From: Balanoglossus misakiensis
Lineage: Eukaryota; Animalia; Hemichordata
Length of the DNA stretch: 64,000 bases
NCBI GenBank assembly: GCA_040954595.2
Contig: CM082577.2
Coordinates: 5,382,301-5,446,300, forward strand
Direction of reading: 5' to 3'
This document shows positions 24,062 through 36,600 of this stretch, piece after piece. The notes beneath the pieces are model-generated. The model had not been told where the DNA came from. It did not search any database and worked only from the letters and a program-made list of their open reading frames with translations. The position numbers and the translations under genes are program-made. Position 1 is the first letter of the stretch, and every line of letters begins with the position of its first letter.

Positions 24062-27000
24062 TTACTCTGGCTTCTTCTTGCGTCTGAGGAGGGCACCAAT
24101 CTTCTCCAGTATCAGCGAGTAGTACTTGATCAAGATTCCGCGGTGCTTCAGTCCAGGCAACAGTACCAGGGCCACAACTGTAGAAAATGCAAACAAATTG
24201 GGTTGGGTCTGCATATAGAAAACACACTAAAACATTGATTCGTGTGAACAGATATTGTACTGTATTGTATTGTAATATACCAGGGTACTGTACTGTGTAT
24301 TGTATTGTATTGTATTGTATTGTATTGTACTGTACTGTACTGTACTGTACTGTACCGTACCGTACCGTACCGTACCGTACTGTACTGTACTGTACTGTAA
24401 TGGACCAGGGTACTACCGTAATCTATCCTTCGGTTCGACCAGGAAAAAATAATTATTCTTTACAAAAAGACGAAACAATGGGGGTAAAAATGAGTCAAAG
24501 TGCCAGAACACCCCCTCGGACATTTATGCAAATTAGGTTCAAATAGGCTTCATGGTGCGATTGAAAATCAACGACACATTTCGCCACTTGTCCCATTTGT
24601 TGTTCCACATCAAATAAATGGAAGATCCGAGAAAATCCACACTTTTCCAGTTTTTGTACAGTCATCCTATAAGTATAAGCGCTTCTACCGTACCGCCTGT
24701 GAGTCTTACAGCTTTGAAACCAGTGCGTAATATACTAGTAGTAAAAGCATACCGGGATATGGGAACACGCTTTGAGTTGGTCCCTTGGGACAAAGACGTT
24801 TTTAATTTATTCACGCACAGGGATGTATTTTTAGCCAGACAATGGCAAGACCTAGTTGCCTAGCAATTATCACCATGAACTTTGCTACAAGTTTCACTAT
24901 CACTTCCACTGGGCGTCTCAATTTTTTCAGCAGAGCCCCAGCTGCAGTAAGTTCCGACTACCTCAAGGCTTTGCCTGTAGGTTTTGGGGCTCCTCATTTT
25001 ACTGATGACCATCAGCAACAAGGCAAATTGACCGTTGACTAAGCAAGGTGCTAAACATCGCTCTTTTCAGAGGGGTAATTTTACATGCAAGCTCATTAGA
25101 AACTGCCACTTGTATCCCCTCAATTTTCAGCCACCCCCCTGTTACAAAATGACCCCTTTCCTTAATTAACTATTCACGCCTGATTTGAGGTCAGACAAGG
25201 GTCATTCATTCATGGTGGTTTGAGCTCAGGCCAAGGGGAAAACGGGTTACGCGTTTAGCACTAGGCGAAATTTTAGGGGTTGTAAAATAATTAATTATCG
25301 GAAAAATAGTGGGTGGACGAACTAATGGAGTGGTCGAACCGATAGAACGATTACGGTATATACTGTGTATCGTATTGCCACCTACCAAACAAATAAGCCA
25401 GCAGCAGGTTTGGTATGACATTACCAATGAATGCGGCCACACCAAGTATAGTCATCACCATTATGAAATGGTGCTTGGGCTTGTCGGCTTTCAGCTTCTT
25501 CATTGAATTGCAGATTCCTTGGAGGTAACGCTTGGCATCGACCAATGAAATGCAGATGTGCTGAAACTGGCCTTCTTGATCGGGGGTCCTTGCGAAAGGA
25601 GAGAGGAGGTGAAAAAATTGCTGAAATATTTAACCGGCATGATTTCTGGTGTAATCTCTGGAAAATATCCTTATCTGATACAGTCACACAGCAAAAGTTA
25701 GATGATTTTCCAAACTTACCATTCCTTGTTGTCGAACTTATGACTGAGTGTTGGGGCAAGATAATCCAGCAGACACGCTATCATCATGATTAGAGCCACT
25801 GATGTCAGAATGGACGGTTCAAACCACCAGATCTTTCTGTGGAACGTACATGTACATGTATTAAAGCCTGAGTGACTCTAACTTTTGACTGTTTTTTTCA
25901 GTATTTGTCTCCCATGTATCAAGTCTACCTTGATGGCAGGTTCAGGCTTCTCAACAAAGCCTGTGTACAAGAAAAGGTCACTGTTATTGTTGACAAATGA
26001 ATTCAAGGCCAGACTTGAATTCAATTTTTCAACAATAGCAATGTTGATTACTACAAGAGGGCTGCCTTGAAAAATGTATGTTTCTAAAGTGACTGAAAAA
26101 ATGTTATACTTACAAGAAAAGAACTGTCACACCACCCACAAGGATATACGGATAGTATGGTTTCTCCCAAGTCAAAACTTTATTCACTTTGAGCAACAAG
26201 TATCTCCAGTTTTGGAGTGACTTCTCCATATTCTCGATTTCTTCATCCTGAAAGGCAGAAAAGTGTTTTTAAATTATTTTTTTAACTCAAAAGGATATTA
26301 CATATAGTCTAGAACATCAGTTTGTTCCATAAAACTAAAACAGTAATCCAACTGTTCATTTTTTTTAAATTACATTTTCTGATGAGATAAAGATTGTCAG
26401 GATATGATAAGGAGAATACAGAGACGAAAATAAATCCCGAGGGATTTCTGATGCAAAAATAAATAAACCTTCAGTTTTACATTTAATTTGTCTATTTTTA
26501 ATCTTAATTACCAGTATATTTGTAAACAGATGAGACATCCAAATTCACTAAAATGTCAAACAACAGATATATAAATTGCCAACAAAACAACGTAATAAAA
26601 GCAAAATATGACTCAGAGTCAGAAGCCAAAAAAAATGAAAGATTTTTTCATTGTTTATCATTTATAACCAACTATTTTAGGCATAGTATACTCATATATG
26701 TTTTTTAAGGTCAAACTGGCAGCAGATGTTATTCTATGATGAATTTGTTGGATTAGTAAGAATATGATCAAGGATATTCATAATGTGCAGTAGTGCCAGG
26801 ATAACTCATGATCGTGTTGCTACAGTACCAGCCAAAACCTCTAGCTGCAACACTGCACCAAATTATCATTTGCATCGAATAAACGATCCAATCCGAGAGG
26901 GATCAGTCACGTCCGCACATAATGACACGAAGTAAACAACATAAACATGGCACGGTGCGTCTTTTGTCAATCATAAACGTAATGAGGATCGGAAGTTTGT

Positions 27001-27302
27001 TAAGGATCGGATCCAATGTATTGACAACAACACTACAAAGGCCCGGCGGTTGACAAATGCCAAATTAACACAATAGAGCAGTGACCGTTATGTAACTGAC
27101 TCCTGCAATAAACGTTGCCAATGTTGTTAATATTTTTTACACAGACATCAGAACAAAATAAGTGTCTGAAAGACCCTATAATGTAAGCTACATTCATCAT
27201 GGGCCTGTTTTTACACACTTTCGAATCACAGAGAAATACGAATGGTAAAATTTAACTTACTTTTTGTTGATTTACAGTAACGTTATCCATTTCTGCCGCC
27301 AT
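24062..27302 (-). CDS. ARL6IP1: ARL6IP1 ER-shaping membrane protein, 203 aa
   Basis: Exons 27302-27261, 26247-26114, 25836-25720, 25588-25386, 24177-24062 (612 nt). Peptides KVLTWEKPYYP, EPSILTSVA..CLLDYLAP, W|TPDQEGQFQHIC, NLLLAYL and LLPGLKHRGI, plus a C-terminal KKxx motif (KKPE), as in human ARL6IP1. Confidence 0.93.
24255..24399. repeat. Compound pentanucleotide microsatellite (TGTAT/TGTAC/CGTAC)n
   Basis: Seen directly, in the last ARL6IP1 intron. Confidence 0.9.
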
Positions 27303-27679
27303 CTTCTCTTTTTACAGTGACGCAATATTTTTGTTTACTTTCTAATGTTCGTCGGATGGTGGCGCATGCGATAATCCAAATTTCCGGTAAATTTTGGACA
27401 AAACCAGACTATCCCGAGCTTTAAAAATAGTTCTAACCCAGACTTGACTTGTAAGCGGTCTAGTAAGACTGATCATGGGTCAATAAACGTGCACAACTTT
27501 CTTCATTTTGACAAAAAATTCATAAAAATTTCTCTTCATTGCCCACAGATGGCGTTTACTGGCGGAGATTTAACCTTTGACCGACATGCGCTGTTTTTCT
27601 CGCCGACAAGTTTGTCTAAAAATGGCAGCGCCCAGATTATAAAGTACAACCGGACAATTTCCCCTTCAAATATTACATT
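27303..27679. promoter_or_regulatory. Bidirectional promoter region between ARL6IP1 and PDPK1
   Basis: Divergent ATGs 377 bp apart in a locally CpG-rich island. YY1-like AAGATGGCGGC overlaps the ARL6IP1 start, and an NRF1-like GCGCATGCG lies at 27362. Confidence 0.65.
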
Positions 27680-30600
27680 ATGGCGAGCACAAACGGAGAG
27701 ATAGTAAGTACGGTACTCTATTTTATATATTTTCCTTCCACTCTGTGTCGCAGAAAATCGTATAAATGCGTTTGATCGCGCGTAATAGTGTAGTGCGTCG
27801 TTGTCTTGTTTACCGAGTTCTATGTGTTTTCGGTCATTGTCCCAGAGAGACCAGACAGACGTCGACACATTAAAAATGTTCGTTAATGAAATATGGCAAA
27901 ATTCCAACTCAGCCATTGAAGAAAAACAAGTATTTTATTTCCATTGGCTAAATGGTTCACCTTTGGAAGTCGTTTCTAACTGACTTTCCTTGATGAAATA
28001 TTCCCATGATATTTATTTCCTTGACCGGTCTTTTTCGCAATGGGTTACTCAGCCGACTGGAAATTTCGAACGGTTCGCCGTTGAAGGTAATATGTCGAAT
28101 GTCAAGTTGAATTTCCAGGAAAATAAGGCATTTTCTTTTAATTTTTTATTGAAGCGCATGAGCAATGTAACTTTGATCTGAGATGGAGGCTATACTGTGG
28201 ATGTAATACAACGATCCGAAATAAACCTCTTTGTAAATGTAATAATATCATTCGTTGACAGATTTTTTTTACAGAAAAACAAAGTGCATCCGCTTAGTTA
28301 CGTAAGAATGTCACGATCACAAAAGCAGTGTTTGGTTGGATTAATTAATAGATGTTTTCCGGGTCAGTTATTGTATCAAGCTGGCAAGTAATTCACGCCT
28401 TTGTCGGCCCATCACCAGCGCAGTGGCCCAACCATTGCCTCACCCAGGTCACGCCGGATGTAACTGTAAGAGCACATAACAACTGCGGGGAGACGTCCAA
28501 TAAATTCGTGTGTGGTAATTGGCATTGTTTAAACTCGTCTGCGAAAACTCAAAGCGATAAGAATGTGTACCGGAACTGCAAGGTCATAAACTACAGTCTT
28601 GTCTTTTTCCACACTAAAATTGATGTAAGGAAAAAAAAAGTGAAACTTTGCCAAGGATTTTACATCCACAACTCACATTACATACTAAAACATTTGTGAG
28701 TGAAATAATAATAAAAGTGTATTTCCCACACAATTTTTAATCAGTACAATTTTTGATGAATACATTCTTGTATAAAATGAGGCTCCTCCAGAGAATTATG
28801 TGGTCCAAAGTAACAGGCAATCTAACAGACACTGATATAAATTCTCAAGGACTTTGTCAGATGTTAGTGTGTGGTCTTTATTTAGCTGTGAAAAATTTTC
28901 CCTCTCGTGTCCCTGTCAAAATCACTGTTCATTAACAGATCAGTGAATCAGATGTACACATCTTAGACCATTCCCAGAAAAAGCCGTTTTTTTCCCCTGC
29001 TGCTGCTGATCCTGAGTTTTGTTCTTTCGCTTTGCTTTCATTCCAATTCTATTTCCCTCCTGGTTTCATTGAGACGGTGACTTTCCTTTCCATTCAGTCG
29101 ACTGACTTTCAAGGTCACCCAAAGCACGTTTTTTTGTATTGTTAATGGAATGCATGGCAGCTGCCTTCTAATTTTTTTTTTACTAGAGCCTGTTGCGGTG
29201 TTATCCCCCTCGTAAAAATATTCCAATATCTGATCCCATTGAGACACATTTACAGGAGTCCTTGAGAGATGACTGTTAGGATAGTGAGTATCAAAAGTAA
29301 CAAATAAAAATGAACTCTTTTCCCCCAGACAACTTCCCTGTGTGTCAGTGTTCAGTTGTGTGGCTCTCACATGGTTTGAACATAACATGTGTGCATAACT
29401 AAACAGTAACTAATTCCAAGAAACAGATCAAATAATTCTGGAGAAGATTCTGTTGGTACATTTTTTTTTTAATATTGGAAACCTAATTCCCTTGACTGGC
29501 CCCTACAGATTAGCAGGTTGTTGTTTTTTTCAGTGACAAAGGTGTTTAAATTGATGAGTCAGTGCTGAAGCCAAAGCATTATAGGACCCAGTGCAGTATT
29601 GGAGCGTCAGAAACAATGGATTGTGAAGCTCACATCAATTAACAGTACACACACTTAAAATATTGATTTGTATCCTGTAATTTTTGTTCCGTTAATCAAC
29701 AAAAGTTTTCATCATAATAATACATGTAATACTACTAATAATATGAATCTCATATAACTTGAAAATGTGTGTGTGTATGAAGTTTTGCTAAAGAGGAAGA
29801 AATGAAGACAATTTACTTCAAAAAGAGAAATATTGATACCAGAAAACAAATTTCTGATATCCTGTTCTCCCTCAAAAATTAATTATGAATACCTTGACTC
29901 AAGTCCTGCACCTCACCATTAGTCATCCTTTAAAAATATATTAACAGATTCCGAATTTGTGTTATATTGGCATTGGCATTTTCTTACATGTACATGTACA
30001 AAAAGTATTCCTGGACTCCTCTGTGTATTTTTTTTTTTTAATCCTGCAAGTTTAGACTTAGTGCATGTGTGATTCATTATGGTCAGGCAGCCGCAGACAC
30101 TGTATGTTTGCCACTGAATGAATGGTTATCTAGATGACTCATTATCAGCCAACGTGGAAGTATTTCTCAACGCCCCGAATAAGAGCATGAAATTATTATG
30201 ATGAAACAGGCGCCTGAAGTTAGTGTTCTTCTTTAGCGATTCCTGGAATCTCATTAATAAATGAGCCGATGATCTTTGAGAACTTTCAACTGCTGTGTAC
30301 TTTTTGTATGTTTTTTTCACATTTCTGTCATTCATGTGTACGTGTATAGCCATGTAAAATTATCCATTTGCCGAGTCACTCTGAATCATCCTAATATTTC
30401 AGTTACCTGCACACACACACACACAGTCAGTGTGCTTTTTTGGCAGAAATTCACATTCGGACATATATAATCCATACATTGTGTTTGTGGATATCGAATG
30501 TGTGTTTGTGCATTCGTACCACCATTTCAGATAATTCCCAATATTCCTCGTTCTGCGACAAGAAGGATGCTAAGAGCCCCACACCCTCCTGAACAACTCT

Positions 30601-33600
30601 TTGGTGAACAAAACACTTTCTGTCATTTCCTGGAAAATTTCGATGATTGAGCATGTAAATTTCATCATTATGATAACTGCATGTAATGAGAGGACAGTCT
30701 CATTGTATATCGTACGTGTACGTGTACCCATCAATTGAAAATAACACTTCAGTTGTAATTAACCTATAATTTTATGCTGTAAAATACTTTCTCGATATTT
30801 AATCCAGCACATCATGGAAATGATGGTATCAGTATTGGTTCATTATTTATATAAAAGAGACATAAACACAAGATATTTTAAAAAATAAATTTATTTATTG
30901 CCGGATTTAGCAGAGACACTGTGCAGGTGTGTGTTGTGAATGAAGCAGACAGCGAAGGCTAATGTAGTGTCTGGCCATGAATCCCTAGAGGGGTTCAGTT
31001 ATCATCCTGTCATGGGTGAATGTAGCTGTATATGTCTGTTCTTATTAAGGTAGAATGCACCTCGAAAATCAAAGTTTTAAACTTTCTCTCATATTTTGCT
31101 CAGAACAATTATAGATTATTCTCGTTTAATTTTGAGAATAGAAATTTGGGGTCACCGTGCGAAATTTTTAATAAGAGAGCAAAATTTTGCCTAATTGTCT
31201 CAAATTGGAAAATCAAAATGGCCGCCAATCTCTGTGTTAAGTCTGTGGAGAAAATCAAATGTAGCAGTTGTCAAGGAGACAAGATGGTGAGCTATGTTCT
31301 CTACTTTGTACCAACCCTAGTTCAACAATGTACCATCCACATATTACCCTGAAACAAATGGATATATCCCCCCCCCCCCACCCCGATCAGGTTTATATTT
31401 TCTTAGCAACCAGTTACCTGCATATTATAGTTGTAAAAACCGCAGCTGGATCAGTTTTGCCACCGAGACCTAGCGTGTGTTGTGTACACAGAGAATGAAT
31501 CTTAAGCTGCCCTGAAGTGCATTTGTGCCATAAATTAGTTTCATTCATCACTGGTGTCTTCAGATCTCGGGGAATTCCCTGTCACATAAAGAACTGTATA
31601 AATAGCTTCTGAGCATGTACAGTGCGTATCATAAAATATTATTCCCTGAACTTTATGTAGACATATACAGGAAGTTAGATGTATGGATTTTTACATCAAG
31701 TGAGCTTGCAATACTATACTTGTAATTGTGTTGCCACTTTTTTTTTTTTAATCGCACACAAAAAGATGGATTTGGACCCAACCATGATGTTGACAGGGTT
31801 GGAAGAACTTTATATCTACTCGTTTTAAAATTGCAATGCCTTTTCTTAGAAGAAAGCAATTTTATGTGAAGGGCCATTCCACTCCAATTCTGAAAATAGT
31901 GCTATCTTGGTTTGTATTAAAAGGTCGCCATGCTGCCGTCACCCAGTTAATTAAATCAAGTGGTGACTAGAGCGCCATCTTGAGGCAAAGAAACAGGACT
32001 ACACAGGGGTTTTTTGTCAAGCAAGTTTTAATCTGTCTGTGACTTGACAGCACTGCAGACAAAGTGATTTATCTGAATTTTGCAAAATTCTGAATAATAG
32101 AGTATGGTTTATGTGTGCTCAGCATCTGTGTACACAATGATGTCTAATCACAGGACAGATTAAATTGGTTTAAAATGTGAAATACATATACATGTATCTC
32201 GAAATGTGGGTAATTATGTATATCAATGTTTTCAATAATACATGTTGTAGATAAACAGGCAGAGTGACAGACAGCAGGCAAGCATTAGGGGATAGTCATG
32301 ATTTTATTGAAATAGTTTTACAGATAATGTGTACTGAATGAGAACAAAATTTCTGGGGTTTTCAATTTTTACTGTAGTTATAAATACAGTATACATACTT
32401 GTGACAGACCGTTGAAGAAGATGCCTTTTCCCTTTCCAATCAGTTTCAGAGTACAGCTTCTATTTTCATCCTGTTTTGTGTTATATTATTAGATCAGTTT
32501 TGCCTTTGTAAACAGCGTTTCATCTTGTGATGATTATGCCACAGTGTATACTGTTAGAGTGCACAGATAAGTGTGTAAATCTATGCACTTGTCTGATTGC
32601 ATTCTCCGATTTCTGTTTTATGAAGTGTGTCGTCTGTTCCAGCGAGCAGGAAAACGTGTGAAATACAAGTTGTTGTGTTAACACAACTTTCTCACATGTT
32701 CACCCTTGTAAATTCCATATCCATAGCAACCAAAACAACAAGGAAACTGGAAAACAAGGAGGCTCTTCTGCACATGCTCAGAGGTGCACGTAAATCCTCT
32801 CCAGTGATTGGATAGCGAGTGAGTGGGGGGACGGGTCACATGACTGGTTGTTGTTTACAAAATCGCTCACTCATTGTCATATGTGTTACGTTTGAGTTTC
32901 CAGTCCCCCGCCTCTGTATGATAATCATACAGAAGATGATTGATGGGGATTACTGGCACAAATGATAACATATTCATGTGCGTGGGCTGTCGAGTCTTCA
33001 TAAAGAGGAATCATGTTTGAATAGACTTGCCCATGTCCAACAAACAGCGATGCACGTGTATCAATCTGTCATTGTGCTACCATTGGCCGTAGACTGCATG
33101 CACAGTGAGCTGAACTGATTCACACAAGGTGGGTTTTTGAGCTTGTCACTGTCAGGTTATCCCGTTGCACGATTTTTCTGTTGACTTTATCATGGTGCAG
33201 ATGTACGTGCCAGATATCTTCGCATATATATCTCTGGTTTGTATAGTTAGTTTCGCTGTTTTCATTTGTGGCCAAGTTGACCAAAACTTCCTGTAACAAA
33301 CAGGGCAGGGGAAACAGATCAGAGAACATGGTGAAATCTCATGCTGGTGTGACTCTTCTGAATCTGAAAAGGTGAATAACTGTCCGAGGGACGTGTCTGT
33401 ATATTGTGCGTCGGAGGTTATCTGAGCGGATGCATTGTTGAACAGAAGTGAGATTTTTAATAGTGCAAAGAATGTCGTGAGACACGGTGCAGATTGGTTT
33501 TCTATTTCGTTGGCAAACTTTGTGCATATCAAGGTTATCCTAGCAGGGTAGCTTCAGCTGTGTTTTTACGCGTACAATGCCAGCTGAGAAAAACAGTACA

Positions 33601-36600
33601 GAGAGGGCATCAGTTGGCTGTCTTCCAGACTTTTCTGTCTGTTTTGTGTCAGTTTGAAAAAATTACAAAGTGTGAGTTTCTGTGCATGCCTGATAGTAAT
33701 GTTGAGGAAGGGAAATTTTTAGCTCCAATCATTTAGAAGATGTCGCTGATGTATGCCATGTGGATGGATACTTTGCCTATCATATGCGTCATGCAGTGTT
33801 ATTGCTGAACACTTTAGTTGGTTCCAATGCACAGCCTACGTTGTGAATTTTTGTCGGCTTCTTTCAAGCATAGATACACACCCCTGAGCATGGTACAGAA
33901 GAAACATACTATACACAGGCTGTGTAACTATCACTGGCAGTTTTCTACAGCACCCAATCTGCAAAAAAAGCCTCTTATCACCACTTTCTTTCTTCTTTTT
34001 TTTTTGCTCTATCAGGTAGACGATCTCACAGTTACCGCACAATCCAATCCAGCCAGTCGTAGTACTATGAAACCCACAGAATCATCATCGTCGTCGTCAT
34101 CATCATCGAATATACAATCAGGCCAAATGACAAATGTACAGAATGATCCCAAAGTCACGGGCCAAAAACAACCGCAGCAGCAGCAAATAAAGAAGAAGAA
34201 AGTTAGCGACTTCAAATTTGGCAAAATCATCGGGGAGGGATCATATTCTGAGGTGAGTAGGCTGGATGTTGGGCGTCTGGGATCAGAGCTTCACCCAGTG
34301 GAAGTGGTGACTAGACTAGATGTGTTATGAGATGAACTGTCACTTCAAATTTGTCCTGTTTTGACAATTACAAAAAAACACTAATTACATATAAAACCTG
34401 CATTTAAATTGTATACAGCCACAGATGTATTATCCCTCATTAAAATTATTACGTAGCTATCAATCCATTACATACAGATTGTGACCTGTACTTTTGGATA
34501 TACTACTGAAAGTTCAGCCATATCTCTCTTTCAGTAGTGTTGTATCCAGTGAAAATAAAGGTCGATTTTCTCTGAGTTATGATGCAAATGTTTACCCACT
34601 GGAAGATTAGTTCAGTCTATAACTTCCATTTTAATCACTCCATATTTACATGTACACACAAAGTTGCTTGCAAAACAACAACTGTCTTTATGTCATCATA
34701 ATTTCCAGGACATATAAAACATTTATGGGCCATTAATTTATAAATGAAAAATAATCATGTATTGTTAGTACGAAGAGCTTTGTCACTACGCATAAGTAGT
34801 TTTTAATGGAGACAAGCGTACGACGATTTGCTATCAAAGTACAAGAAGCGCCCTTGGGTGTGACACCCCCGTAACTCGAAGGTAATAGTGTTGTTTTATC
34901 CGAGTATGGAATATGATTTTTTTGCAGACTATCATTTCAAGGTTGTTTTTAGTATCATCCAGAGTTGACAGTTGAATCGGAGGACTCCTCTTAATGTTTT
35001 ATTCACAAACCCTGCTCTGCGTACTGACTCATCCCTTCCATCTACTTGGAAAATACTGCAGGGCGAGATTGGAAAGTTTTAAGTGTTTACGTTGTATCAA
35101 TTCATCCTCTGGAAATGTACAGGTTCCTCCCTCCCAAGGCTCTTAATCTGTTGTTTGCTGAAAACTTTGGTGTTTGTCGCTGTTTGTCGGTGTAGTTTCT
35201 GCACGAACCACAACCCGAGCTGTCGTCTCATTGGTGGAATTGTGATAGGCGACGTTTTCCTTACAAATCTGGCCATAGAGGGCACTGTCAAGCATGAAAA
35301 AATGATTAGTAGTGATTGCAAAACTTGGCCTGCATGTTGAGAAACACAGGAAGAAAACCGCATGGCCTTATTTCTCCAAAACTTCTCCTTTCTATATATA
35401 GTCATTTGTCTGTCGGTGCTCTCAGCAGCAAATTCATTTGACTTTACCCCGGGGCTTTTTCCGCCAAGTTTCCTTGTGTAATTGAGCATCTTCAGTAGCT
35501 GCTGCAGACTACATATATGTGCGTGGTGGGGGCGAAAAGTTGTATATGTACTACAGAGAAACCATATTAATGAGATTGACTTGCACCAGAAGATTTCACC
35601 AGTGGGCCAAAATATACACAATAGGCTCATGCGGAGACTCGCTGCAAGTAGAAAATAAAAGTGGAATGCAATCATTCAGAAAGGAGATGGGTGTTAACTG
35701 TTTGTACCAGCTGGTGATGCCGGTCGATGGCATTGACGGTGATATTTATCCGTACAAAGCTATTTTCTCAGCTCAGTGCCGGATCACATAGTGGTACAGC
35801 CTTTCACAAATCGGCGGGTGGACCTTACCCATCTGCAGGGGTTTGCTCAGATTTAGGGGAAGCTATTGAAACCAGGTCAGACAGAGTTGAAATTGTGATA
35901 ACGTTATTTTTGCCCAAAGTATTTTTTTATCACACATCTATGAGCAAGGCAGTGATCACAGGGGAAAAGATCTAGGCTACTTAAAATTTGTCAAGGCAAC
36001 GTACATGTTTACATGTACAATAATTTACAGGATATTAAAAATAGTGCCACTGGTTTAGTGAAACTAGGTGTATTATGTGTACCCTGTCCTGTATATGGCT
36101 CTGTTTTGTAAGAGACTGAAACTACTACATGTTTGTATTTCAGAGATCATTTCCTCCCCTGATAGGGTTAGTGGAATCTGAAGTGTAGTGGTGTTGTAAT
36201 TCATGTACCGTGGGGAAGGGGGGGGGGGGGATTTGTACAGTGGCCGCTGGCCCATATTTCTCAGTCACAGCTCTTATTATTTGTGCTGTAGTTGACAGAA
36301 AATAAAACACATTTTCTTTTCTTTTTTCTTCCGGAAAGGTTGTCTTAGCAACGGAAATAACAACCAAGAAAGAATATGCAGGTAAGTGGAGTTTTTCAGT
36401 GAATTTCAATCAACTCTTGATATTTATCATACGGTTTTATTGTGGTAAGAATTCTGGCATCTCAAAATGCAGCACCTGTCATGGCCAAGTCCTTCCCTTT
36501 GATTTAAATTTTACTGAATTTTTGTGTGTGTGTTTTTTTTGTAGTTAAAATTCTCGAGAAGAGGCACATTTTACGAGAAAAGAAAGAAAAGTATGTTCAT

